Below are positions 42,376-50,805 of a stretch of DNA of 54,341 nucleotides, piece by piece. The notes beneath the pieces are model-generated. The model made no database searches and was not told the origin of the DNA. It saw nothing but the letters and a program-made list of their open reading frames with translations. The stretch's first letter is position 1. The number at the start of each line of letters is the position of its first letter. Position numbers and translations under genes: made by a program. The DNA is from Pseudomonadota bacterium (lineage in GTDB: Bacteria; Pseudomonadota; Gammaproteobacteria; Burkholderiales; Burkholderiaceae_A): positions 1-54,341 of the forward strand of contig JBEARM010000009.1 of assembly GCA_041163175.1 (NCBI GenBank). The letters run 5' to 3'.

Positions 42376-43170
42376 TTACTTGGCGATCGCGCCGGCGTAG
42401 CACAGCCCACCAGTGATCTCAAGGGTGGTGGCATTGATGGCCTCGTTCACCGCGCAATGCTCGATGAGGGATGCAATCTCTTCGGGCTCTACGAGCCTTC
42501 CAAGATGCACGTCCTTCAAGATGCCCGCCAGGGCATCCTGGTTCATGCCAGTGAGCATGGGAGTTGCTGTGTAGCCAGGGGCAATGCCAACGGCGCGAAT
42601 GTTGCGAATGCCGCGCATGTGGAACTCGCCAACCATGATCTTCGGCATCAGGGCGCAGGCCACCTTGCTAGAGGAGTAGTTGAGCTGGCCGACCTGGCCC
42701 ACCTTATTGACTGAAGAAATGGTGACGAGCAGGCCCGGCCAGCCACCATTGGCCATGGCTTCGGCAGCGTCTCGCAGGGTCAGGAAGGTTCCGGTGAGGT
42801 TCACATCGATGACCTGCTGCCATTTGTCGAGGCCAAGTTTCTTTCCGATCTTTCCCGTGGCCTTGTCGGGGCTGAGCATCAGGCCGTCCCGGATCACGCC
42901 TGCACAGGCCACGGCCATGTTGAGCTTTCCAAATTTCGCCAGCCCTGCCTCGATGAAGCGGGCAGTGTCTGCCTCGGAGGTCACGTCGGCACCGATGGCA
43001 ATGGCCTCGGTGCCCATGGCCACGACGGCGTCGGCGGTCTTCTGGGCGTCGGCCTCGACCCGGTCGACCAGAACGAGTTTTGCGCCTTTGCTGGCCAGGT
43101 GCTTGGCCACAGCCTGACCAATGCCATTGCCCGCGCCGGTGATGAGGGCTACGCTGCCTTTGACTTCCAT
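42376..43170 (-). CDS. Short-chain dehydrogenase/reductase (FabG-like)
   Basis: TGAGNGIG, CAGVIRDG, ISS, YSSSK, APG. Confidence 0.92.
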   Translation of the reverse strand: MEVKGSVALITGAGNGIGQAVAKHLASKGAKLVLVDRVEADAQKTADAVVAMGTEAIAIGADVTSEADTARFIEAGLAKFGKLNMAVACAGVIRDGLMLSPDKATGKIGKKLGLDKWQQVIDVNLTGTFLTLRDAAEAMANGGWPGLLVTISSVNKVGQVGQLNYSSSKVACALMPKIMVGEFHMRGIRNIRAVGIAPGYTATPMLTGMNQDALAGILKDVHLGRLVEPEEIASLIEHCAVNEAINATTLEITGGLCYAGAIAK

Positions 43171-43257
43171 GGGGATTCCTTTTTTTGATTGTTAAACTTA
43201 GACCATTCTAGTGGGATTTATGATGCGCCGCAACATAACGCAGGAGAAGGTCAACAG

Positions 43258-43851
43258 ATGAACGTCGTGCTCGTGGGATCCAAACATTTCGGCTCGGAGG
43301 TACTCTCTCGGCTTATGGGCGCCTCAGGTGTGTCCATTACCTGTGTGATTTGCACGGATCCTGAGGACCGTCTCGCGGGTCTGGCTCAGCAGCACGGCCT
43401 GCCCGTCCGTATTCAAGAGAATCCCCGATCTGTTGGCGGCCACGAGGTTCCGGATGGTACAGACCTGATCGTCACGGCCTACAGCCACGCCCTTATCACC
43501 AACGAAGCCCTGGCCAAGGCCCGTCTTGGCGGTGTGGGCTATCACCCCAGCCTGCTGCCTCGGCATCGGGGGAGGGCGGCAGTGGAGTGGACGGTGAAGT
43601 GCGGCGATGCCATTGCGGGTGGTACCGTCTATCAGCTCAATGACAAGTGGGATGCCGGTGGCATCGTGGCCCAGGACTGGTGTTTTGTCCTGCCCGGCGA
43701 GGACGCCGGGAGCCTCTGGCGCAGGGCCTTGAGCCCCCTGGGAATCGAGTTGCTCTCCCAGACGGTGATCGACATCGCCGCGAAGGGCGAGGTGTTCATC
43801 ACGCCCCAGCAAGAGGAGTTCGCCACCAAGGCGCCAGCCATCCCGGCTTAA
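43258..43851 (+). CDS. Stand-alone formyltransferase N-domain protein
   Basis: YHPSLLPRHRG, GGTVY, WDAG; no Fmt C-terminal domain; AGGAG RBS. Confidence 0.85.
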   Translation: MNVVLVGSKHFGSEVLSRLMGASGVSITCVICTDPEDRLAGLAQQHGLPVRIQENPRSVGGHEVPDGTDLIVTAYSHALITNEALAKARLGGVGYHPSLLPRHRGRAAVEWTVKCGDAIAGGTVYQLNDKWDAGGIVAQDWCFVLPGEDAGSLWRRALSPLGIELLSQTVIDIAAKGEVFITPQQEEFATKAPAIPA

Positions 43852-43887
43852 TCCCGGCCTCCGAGGGGCGCTTCCGCCTCGGTGGGG

Positions 43888-43904
43888 CTGGTTTGGTTCT
43901 TGCT
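43888..43904 (+). promoter_or_regulatory. Candidate sigma54 -24/-12 promoter
   Basis: CTGGtttggttcTTGCT with exact GG-N10-GC spacing, ending ~33 bp before ATG 43937. Confidence 0.4.
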
Positions 43905-43936
43905 TACTCCTGGGTAACCACCCAAGGAGGACGCCT

Positions 43937-44479
43937 ATGGGCCCTTCACCTGTCGATTTCCAGTCATCAGACCGGCTGGCGTATATCCCGAGCACCGGAC
44001 GAGGTGACGATCGGGGCGTTCACCATCGCCTGCCTGATGGCACAGCCGTCACCTACGCAGATATTCGTCGCGCGGTGGAGGAAGGGCGGGGAGATGAGGA
44101 CGTGTCCCCTTATTTCACAGGGCAGACCAATGCCCAGGCCCTGGGCACCCATCAGATCGTCAAACTCATTGAAGACCCACCGCCCGTGGTGGGCGCCATT
44201 TTTGCGCTGGCCCAGCGGTCTTGGTTCTCCCTGGCCACGGCCGTGGCCTCCGCCTTCGGAACGACAGAGGAGGTGAAGACTGCACTGACTGAGGCACCGA
44301 CCAAGCCGGAGGGAGGCACTAAAGCGGACAACGAGGCGATCGCTGAGCAAACTTCAATCCTCAATGAGAACGGGACCGAACAGCCTCTTCGGGCACTGAC
44401 CGATGCGCTCGAGCAGCCCGCTGCGCCCGTGTTCATGGCCGCTGAGGCCCTCCGCATCCGTCAAGCCATCGAGCCATAG
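43937..44479 (+). CDS. Hypothetical protein (180 aa, acidic)
   Basis: AAGGAGG RBS 6 nt before ATG; fills the gap; no recognisable motif. Confidence 0.75.
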   Translation: MGPSPVDFQSSDRLAYIPSTGRGDDRGVHHRLPDGTAVTYADIRRAVEEGRGDEDVSPYFTGQTNAQALGTHQIVKLIEDPPPVVGAIFALAQRSWFSLATAVASAFGTTEEVKTALTEAPTKPEGGTKADNEAIAEQTSILNENGTEQPLRALTDALEQPAAPVFMAAEALRIRQAIEP

Positions 44480-44485
44480 CGGGCC

Positions 44486-46564
44486 CTACTTCAAGACTTG
44501 CAATAGGTTGTTGAAGTCGTCTGTCCAGAGCCGAAGGCCTGTGATGGGTTCGATGATGTATTCCGCATCTTGTATGTCGGGGTCTGCCATCAAGGCCTTG
44601 TTTCGGGTCACCAGCACATAGTCGGTTGAGGCCAGTAGACGCCCAGAGGTGTCGTCGGGCTGGTGGGAGAGCAGCATCGCCATCAGCCCAGCATCGTGGG
44701 CGAGCTGCTGCACCACCGGGGGCAGCCGCAGGTAACGGTTGGTCACATGAAAGACGATCGCACCGTCGGGCTTGAGATGACGTAGGTACACCTCCATGGC
44801 CTCTTGCGTGATCAAATGAACGGGAATGGCATCGCTTGAGAAGGCGTCGATCACCAGCACATCGAATGCCTGTGGAGGCTCTCGCTCAAGCTGGAGCCGT
44901 GCGTCTCCCAGGGAGAAGCTCTTCTCGGCGGGGCTGTCCGATAAGTAAGTAAATCGGTCCTGTGCAAGATCGATCACCGCGTCATTGATCTCATAGAACC
45001 GGTAGTGATCCTGGGCCCGTCCGTATACGGCCAAGGTTCCCACGCCGAGGCCCACCACACCAACCCGGCTGCCACTCGGGCGGTTCTTCGAATACCAGTT
45101 GATGGCCAGGCCCGCCCCGGATTCCGGCCCGTAATAGGTGGTGGCCATTCGCCGTAGCGCAGGGTCTGCACTCTGTAGGCCATGCAGAATCACGCCGTGC
45201 ACCAGTCTCCGGGTGGCATGGTCCTGTCCCTCATATCGGGCCTCGTTCACGCGCAGTGTGCCGTAGAAATTTCTGCTGGCCACCTCATTGTTATGAAAGA
45301 GGCTGTCGATGTGCTCGTGTGCGTAATAGACCGTAGCCGTCATGCTGGCCACTGCGCCGGCCACAAAGAGCACGCGGGTTGGAAATAAGGTGTCGGCCTG
45401 TCGTAATACGACCCACAGCGCCATGAGTGCCACTGCGAGAAGGCCAGCCGGAAGCTCCCAATAGAACGGGGCAAGTTGGGGCGCAAGCAAGGAGACCGTG
45501 AGGCCACCACAGGCCCCTCCGAGGGCCACCATGAAGTAGAACCGGGTGAGCTTGCGCGCGGGCGGCTTGGACTGCGCCAGTTCACCATGGCAAAAGAAGC
45601 AGACCAGAAAGAGGCCACCCAGGTATAGGGGGATCGCCTCTTGGATGCGCATGATTCCGTCGTCGGCCACCAGGCCCCAGGCCATGATGGCCGATACAGC
45701 CAGGGCTGGAAGCATGAATGTCTCTCGGCGATACCAGCCACGGCCGCCGCGCCCCTCAAAGGCCAGTACAAAGGTCAGCAGGTAAAGAGACAGTGGAAGG
45801 ATCCAGAGAAACGGGATAGAGGCGACGTTCTGTGTGATGTGGCTCGAAATGGCCAGCAGTAGCAGTGTTGCCAGCCCGGCCATGCAGAACCAAAAGAGGT
45901 GGTCTTGAAGGCTGATGCGATGGGTGGATTCCTCGGTGCCTGTCTGTACACCCTCTGAAGGCGTTAATGCCATCGGCCTCCTCATGGCCCTGAGGCCGAC
46001 CAGAATCACCAATACGGTGAATACAGCGTAGGCGGTGCTCCAGACCCAGGCCTGATGCTGTGTGGACACATAGGGCTCGATGATGAAAGGGTAAGAGACC
46101 AGGCCCAGAAGGGAGCCGGCATTGGACAGGGCAAAGAGTCGGTATGCGCGCTGCGCCAGTTGAGGGTCATGCTGTTCACGAGCCCACCAAGACTGAATGA
46201 GTGGTCCGGTGGTCGACAGCATGAAGTAGGGCAGGCCAATGGTGACGGCCAGCAGGCCGAGGATTCGAAGCAGTGGTGCCTCGTCTCCCATGGGCTTCCA
46301 GCTGTCGGCCGCCAGAATGGGGAGGCTGATGAGGCTCACCACCAAGAGCGCGGCATGCAGGCTCGTTTGCGCCTTTGGTTGAAGGCGCTGGATCAGGTCT
46401 GAGTAGGCGTAGCCGGCGAGCAGCACCAGCTGGAAAAAGGTCAGGCAGGCCGACCAGACCGATGCGGATCCGCCAAACCACGGCACGATCTGTTTGGCGA
46501 TGATGGGTTGAACCAGAAAGAGAAGGAAGCTTGAGAGCAGAACCGCCAGCGCATAGAGCAGCAA
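44486..46564 (-). CDS. Membrane-fused spermidine-synthase-like / SAM-dependent methyltransferase
   Basis: Many N-terminal TM segments (P.FGGS, YRLFALSNAGS), VVGLGVGTL, YEIN, IDAFSSDAIPVHL, WTDD. Confidence 0.88.
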   Translation of the reverse strand: MLLYALAVLLSSFLLFLVQPIIAKQIVPWFGGSASVWSACLTFFQLVLLAGYAYSDLIQRLQPKAQTSLHAALLVVSLISLPILAADSWKPMGDEAPLLRILGLLAVTIGLPYFMLSTTGPLIQSWWAREQHDPQLAQRAYRLFALSNAGSLLGLVSYPFIIEPYVSTQHQAWVWSTAYAVFTVLVILVGLRAMRRPMALTPSEGVQTGTEESTHRISLQDHLFWFCMAGLATLLLLAISSHITQNVASIPFLWILPLSLYLLTFVLAFEGRGGRGWYRRETFMLPALAVSAIMAWGLVADDGIMRIQEAIPLYLGGLFLVCFFCHGELAQSKPPARKLTRFYFMVALGGACGGLTVSLLAPQLAPFYWELPAGLLAVALMALWVVLRQADTLFPTRVLFVAGAVASMTATVYYAHEHIDSLFHNNEVASRNFYGTLRVNEARYEGQDHATRRLVHGVILHGLQSADPALRRMATTYYGPESGAGLAINWYSKNRPSGSRVGVVGLGVGTLAVYGRAQDHYRFYEINDAVIDLAQDRFTYLSDSPAEKSFSLGDARLQLEREPPQAFDVLVIDAFSSDAIPVHLITQEAMEVYLRHLKPDGAIVFHVTNRYLRLPPVVQQLAHDAGLMAMLLSHQPDDTSGRLLASTDYVLVTRNKALMADPDIQDAEYIIEPITGLRLWTDDFNNLLQVLK

Positions 46565-46654
46565 GATGATCTCGGGTCGTGAGGTGGGAGGGGATGTTCG
46601 AGCCTGCGTATTCTAAGGGGAGTCCGCGAGAGGCTGTCCGATCTTTCATGTTTC

Positions 46655-46693
46655 TGGTCTTGGTTGGTGCAGGCAATGCACCAAAATAGCCCA
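46655..46693. promoter_or_regulatory. Tandem NtrC-like enhancer sites
   Basis: tggtcttggtTGGTGCA (46655-46671) and TGCACCAaaatagccca (46677-46693), each with one perfect half of TGCACCA-N3-TGGTGCA. Confidence 0.6.
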
Positions 46694-46763
46694 GCTCCCT
46701 CAGCCACTGCCCCAGGGGGATGCGGCAGGGCACGCGGAAGGGGCGTTTTCTGCGTGCACATGA

Positions 46764-46781
46764 TTGGCACTGCGTTTGCAT
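46764..46781 (+). promoter_or_regulatory. Sigma54 -24/-12 promoter
   Basis: TTGGCACtgcgtTTGCA, near-consensus. Confidence 0.75.
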
Positions 46782-46792
46782 AGGTGTCGGGC

Positions 46793-47191
46793 ATGAACCT
46801 CAGCACCCTGAAATGCCCATTCTGCGAGATCAAGGAAGACCAGATCATCGCCCAAAACACCCATGCCATTGCCATTCGTGATGCCTACCCTGTCACCCCG
46901 CTGCACACCCTGATTCTCCCGAGGCGCCACGTGCACGATGTCTTTGGCATGGGGCAGTTGGAGGTGATGGCCTGCATGCGGTTGCTCGACGACGTTCGCC
47001 GAGGTCTTCTACTCGAAGACCCTCTGATTGCGGGCTTCAATGTGGGAAGCAACGCCGGTGAGGTCGCGGGCCAGAGTGTCTTTCATTGTCATTGGCACCT
47101 GATTCCCAGGCGCAGAGGGGATGTTGCCGTGCCAAAGGGCGGCATTCGCAACCTCATTCGCGGAGGCGCGAGCCCCAACAGCATGGTCTAG
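46793..47191 (+). CDS. HIT-family nucleotide hydrolase
   Basis: CPFC, DAYPVTPLHTLILP, AGQSVFHCHWHLIPR. Confidence 0.93.
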   Translation: MNLSTLKCPFCEIKEDQIIAQNTHAIAIRDAYPVTPLHTLILPRRHVHDVFGMGQLEVMACMRLLDDVRRGLLLEDPLIAGFNVGSNAGEVAGQSVFHCHWHLIPRRRGDVAVPKGGIRNLIRGGASPNSMV

Positions 47192-47296
47192 CCAATCTCC
47201 CAGACCATTCGGCTGGATCCGGGGCATCCTGGCATGCCTGCTGCCGTTGCGTCGGGGTGGTCGGCATTTGAGCGTCCGCTCTGCGACAATTCGAGG

Positions 47297-48193
47297 ATGC
47301 AGAAACGATGTATCGTCGGTCTTTCACTATTCTTGGTAGCCCGACCCCTCCTGGCCATCGACCTGGCCCCCGATGACTTGATCCCACCAAAGTCTGGTCT
47401 CCGTTATGTGCAGGTGGGATTCACCCATTCGGAGCGAGAAGACTACAAGCTCAAGGGGGCCACGACGGCCCCTGGTGTTGGGATGCGGGGTGCTATTGGT
47501 CACCTCCGGTACGGACAAACCTTTGAATGGGCTGGTCAGCCTGCCGTCGCCTATGCCCAGGTGGCCCAGGGTGAGATTCGGCCTACCGGATGGCCGGCCT
47601 CTGTCGCGGCCGAGCGATCCACCGGCGACCTCTCCCTGTTTCTCGGCCGTTGGCTTCTCGCCGACCGACTCGCGAGCCGATATGCCGCCGTTGGGGGCTA
47701 CCTGGTCCTGCCCACGGGCTCGTATGCGCTTGAGAAGACCACCGGCTTTAACCGTAACCTCGGTGAGAACCGAGTGCGGGCTGCCTTGCAGGTGGGCTAT
47801 CACCAGCCCCTCTCATCCACTTGGGGCTGGATGACGGCTGCCGATGTGTTGTGGTCTAGCCAAAATGATGCCATCTACAACGCTTCGGGCGTGAGAGGCA
47901 CCTTAGACCAGGCACCGCTCTATTCCCTGCAAACAGCCATCGGACGAAGCATCGCTGAGCATGTGCGGCTGGGCTTTTCCTATTTCTACACCCAGGGCGG
48001 AGAGACTCGGTTCAATGGCGTAGATCAGAACAATGCCTTGAGGGTGCATCGCGGCATGCTGACCCTCACCACCCACGGCCTGGGCGGCCGTTGGATGCTG
48101 CAGGTGGGCCGAGACATCAAGACCGATACGGGGTTTGTCGAGAAGGAACGCGTGATCCTGCGCTACACCACGCGGCTCCCGGACGCACACTGA
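47297..48193 (+). CDS. Putative outer-membrane beta-barrel (SphA / phenol MetA-degradation-like transporter)
   Basis: Signal peptide, GD motif, LPTGSY...NLGENR, alternating amphipathic strands. Confidence 0.7.
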   Translation: MQKRCIVGLSLFLVARPLLAIDLAPDDLIPPKSGLRYVQVGFTHSEREDYKLKGATTAPGVGMRGAIGHLRYGQTFEWAGQPAVAYAQVAQGEIRPTGWPASVAAERSTGDLSLFLGRWLLADRLASRYAAVGGYLVLPTGSYALEKTTGFNRNLGENRVRAALQVGYHQPLSSTWGWMTAADVLWSSQNDAIYNASGVRGTLDQAPLYSLQTAIGRSIAEHVRLGFSYFYTQGGETRFNGVDQNNALRVHRGMLTLTTHGLGGRWMLQVGRDIKTDTGFVEKERVILRYTTRLPDAH

Positions 48194-48196
48194 TCC

Positions 48197-49597
48197 ATGC
48201 CAGCACAGGCCCTCGCGTTTGTGGACATCGAGACGTCGGGGTCCACCCCCAACCGAGACGGCATCACAGAGATCGCTGTTATCCGATTGGAGGAGGGAAG
48301 GGTTCGGCGTTGGGAGCGATTGATCAATCCAGAGACGGTCATTCCGAGCTTCATCGAGTCACTCACGGGCATACGCAATGAGATGGTTGCAGATGCTCCA
48401 ACCTTCCGAGACGTGGCTGCAGAACTGCATGATGAGTTGGCCGGGTGCATTTTTGTGGCCCATAACGCGCGATTCGACTACAGCTTCATCAAACAAGGAT
48501 TTGCAAGTACAGGCCTGGCATTTCGGGCGCCTACGCTCTGCACGGTGAAGCTGTCTCGGCGACTTTTTCCCTTGGAGCGCCGACACAATCTCGACACACT
48601 CATTGAGCGGCATGGGCTTGCTCCGATCGGCCGGCACCGGGCCATGGCCGATGCCGACCTGCTCCTGCAGTTCTGGAACGTGCTCGAGGCATCCATTGGC
48701 CAGTCGGCCCTTTGGGATGCGGTGGGTGCGCTCATCGCACGCCCGAGCTTGCCCTCGCACATCGAGTCCTCAGTCATCGATGAGCTACCCAATTCACCCG
48801 GGGTTTACCTGTTCTACGGGGAAAATGACCTTCCGCTCTACATCGGGAAGTCCAAGGACATTCGATCTCGGGTGATGTCTCACTTCTCAGGCGACATCCG
48901 CTCGTCGCGGGAACTTCAGATGTCGCAGCAGGTTCGACGCATTGAGTCTCGAATGACCGGCGGCGAGGTTGGCGCGCTGCTGCTCGAGGCTGCACTGGTG
49001 AAGTCCATGAAGCCCATCTTCAACCGTCAGCTTCGCCTCACCCGGTCGGTCAGTACCTTGGTGCTGGGTGCGCCAGAGGATCTCCCACAGGTTCAGCCGA
49101 TGGAAGTGACCCAGGCCATTCGACATCACCCAGGTCGTTGTCATGGCCTCTATGAGACTGTCACGGAGGCGCAGCGCGCACTGCGCTCAATGGCAGAAGC
49201 CAACACCCTCTGCAAGGCCTTCCTTGGGCTGGAGAAGCGTGTTCATGGTCGAGCCTGTTTTGGCCTGCAGCTCGGCCGCTGCAAGGGTATCTGTGATGGC
49301 CGAGAAGACCCGAGAGAGCACCATCTAAGGCTCTCACTGGCGCTGACATCCGTGCGTGTGAAAGACTGGCCTTTTGAGGGCGCCGCCTACCTGAGAGAGG
49401 GAGACTCGGTGCTCGTCTTTCGTGACTGGGCATTCCTCGGGGAGGCCCAGAATGAGGATGATCTGCAGGCCTGTTTATCGGGTGAACAGACAGTGCAGTT
49501 CGATCGCGACACCTATCGAATCCTGAGCCGTGTGGTGGGCAGGATGATGCCGATTGCGTCGGAACTTCAGGCCGCTTCGTCGCGCGGCGGTGCCTGA
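48197..49597 (+). CDS. DEDDh (DnaQ-like) exonuclease fused to a GIY-YIG (UvrC/Cho-like) endonuclease
   Basis: FVDIETSG, AHNARFD, HRAMADA; PGVYLF...LYIGKS; Cys cluster C...CF..QLGRCKGIC. Confidence 0.9.
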   Translation: MPAQALAFVDIETSGSTPNRDGITEIAVIRLEEGRVRRWERLINPETVIPSFIESLTGIRNEMVADAPTFRDVAAELHDELAGCIFVAHNARFDYSFIKQGFASTGLAFRAPTLCTVKLSRRLFPLERRHNLDTLIERHGLAPIGRHRAMADADLLLQFWNVLEASIGQSALWDAVGALIARPSLPSHIESSVIDELPNSPGVYLFYGENDLPLYIGKSKDIRSRVMSHFSGDIRSSRELQMSQQVRRIESRMTGGEVGALLLEAALVKSMKPIFNRQLRLTRSVSTLVLGAPEDLPQVQPMEVTQAIRHHPGRCHGLYETVTEAQRALRSMAEANTLCKAFLGLEKRVHGRACFGLQLGRCKGICDGREDPREHHLRLSLALTSVRVKDWPFEGAAYLREGDSVLVFRDWAFLGEAQNEDDLQACLSGEQTVQFDRDTYRILSRVVGRMMPIASELQAASSRGGA

Positions 49598-50805
49598 TGC
49601 ACCACTCCCTGATCAATGAGCGAATCGATTTCTTCAGGGGAGAATCCAAAAGACTCAAGTACCCCAACTGTGTGCTCACCCAGTTCTGGCGCGGCAGTGG
49701 GAGTCGGCCTCGAGGATGCGCCAAACTTAATTGGGTGACCAATGCCTTTCACCCGACCGGCTTTTGGATGGATGGTCTCCACCACCATCTCGCGGGCAAG
49801 TGCCTGGGGGTGGGTTAGGGCCTCTTCAATCGAATGAACCGGTCCTACGGGCACACCGGCTGAATCAAAGGCATCGATCCACTCCGCGGTTCCCTTGAAT
49901 GCGAGAACAGCCTCAATCAGCTGGGTTAGCTCCTGCTGGTGTTGCATGCGATCGGAGTTGCTTGCAAAGCGCGGGTCGGCCTTCCATTCGGGATGTCCGA
50001 GGGTGTCGGCGATGCGCTCCCAGTTGGCCTGATTGGCTCCCCCGATGTTGAGATGGCCGTCCGCCGTCCTGAATGCTTGATAGGGCGCCGTAAGGGGGTG
50101 GGCAGATCCGAGTGGCTTGGCCGAGCGCCCGTTTGCGAAAAACATCGCCGCCTGCCAGTAGGTCTGCTGCAGACCGGCCTCCATGAGGGAGGTCTCCACG
50201 AACTGGCCCTTTCCGGTCAAACTACGCTCCACAAGGGCGGCAAGAATTCCAACGCAGGCCAGTATCCCAGCATTAATGTCTGCAACCGAGTTCCCAGTCT
50301 TGGCTGGCGGTTGCCCCTCAAAGCCGGTGATGCTCATGAGACCGGAGAAGCCCTGGGCAATGAGATCAAAGCCGGGTTTGTCCGACATCGGGCCTGTTCG
50401 TCCGTAGCCTGACACCGCAGCGTAGATGAGTCGAGGGTTTTCCGCGTTCAGGGCCTCGTAACCCACACCAAGTTTTTCCATGGTGCCGGCTCGGTAATTC
50501 TCAGTGAGGACGTCTGCCTTCTGAACCATGCGCTTGAGCACCGCTACACCGGCGGGCTTCTTGAGGTCGATGGCTAGACCCTGCTTGTTTCGATTGAGGA
50601 TCAGGAACGGAGCGGAGACCCCATTGATTCTAGGCTCACGGTACCCTCTTGAGTCGTCGCCAGAGGGGAGTTTCTCGACCTTGATCACATCGGCGCCCAT
50701 GTCGGCAAGCATCATGCCGCAGGTGGGGCCCGCCATGATCTGAGCAAGCTCCAAGACCTTGATGCCCTGGAGCGGGCCAGCGCGGTCAGGGTTCTTCAAT
50801 GTCAT
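49567..50805 (-). CDS. CaiB/BaiF family III CoA-transferase
   Basis: GPLQGIKVLE, AGP, LADMGADVIKVE, NRNK, SGYG.TGP, GFD. Confidence 0.93.
   Translation of the reverse strand: MTLKNPDRAGPLQGIKVLELAQIMAGPTCGMMLADMGADVIKVEKLPSGDDSRGYREPRINGVSAPFLILNRNKQGLAIDLKKPAGVAVLKRMVQKADVLTENYRAGTMEKLGVGYEALNAENPRLIYAAVSGYGRTGPMSDKPGFDLIAQGFSGLMSITGFEGQPPAKTGNSVADINAGILACVGILAALVERSLTGKGQFVETSLMEAGLQQTYWQAAMFFANGRSAKPLGSAHPLTAPYQAFRTADGHLNIGGANQANWERIADTLGHPEWKADPRFASNSDRMQHQQELTQLIEAVLAFKGTAEWIDAFDSAGVPVGPVHSIEEALTHPQALAREMVVETIHPKAGRVKGIGHPIKFGASSRPTPTAAPELGEHTVGVLESFGFSPEEIDSLIDQGVVHQAPPRDEAA

Noticed and set aside
47229-47244. Third sigma54-like element CTGGCATGcctgCTGC
   Set aside because: Imperfect -12 in GC-rich DNA, and an extended -10 directly before ATG 47297 explains the gene more simply; not fully excluded.
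42376-49597. Accessory block as one biosynthetic or defence island
   Set aside because: Mixed orientations, separate promoters, and no integrase, tRNA or flanking repeats; no evidence of a shared pathway.
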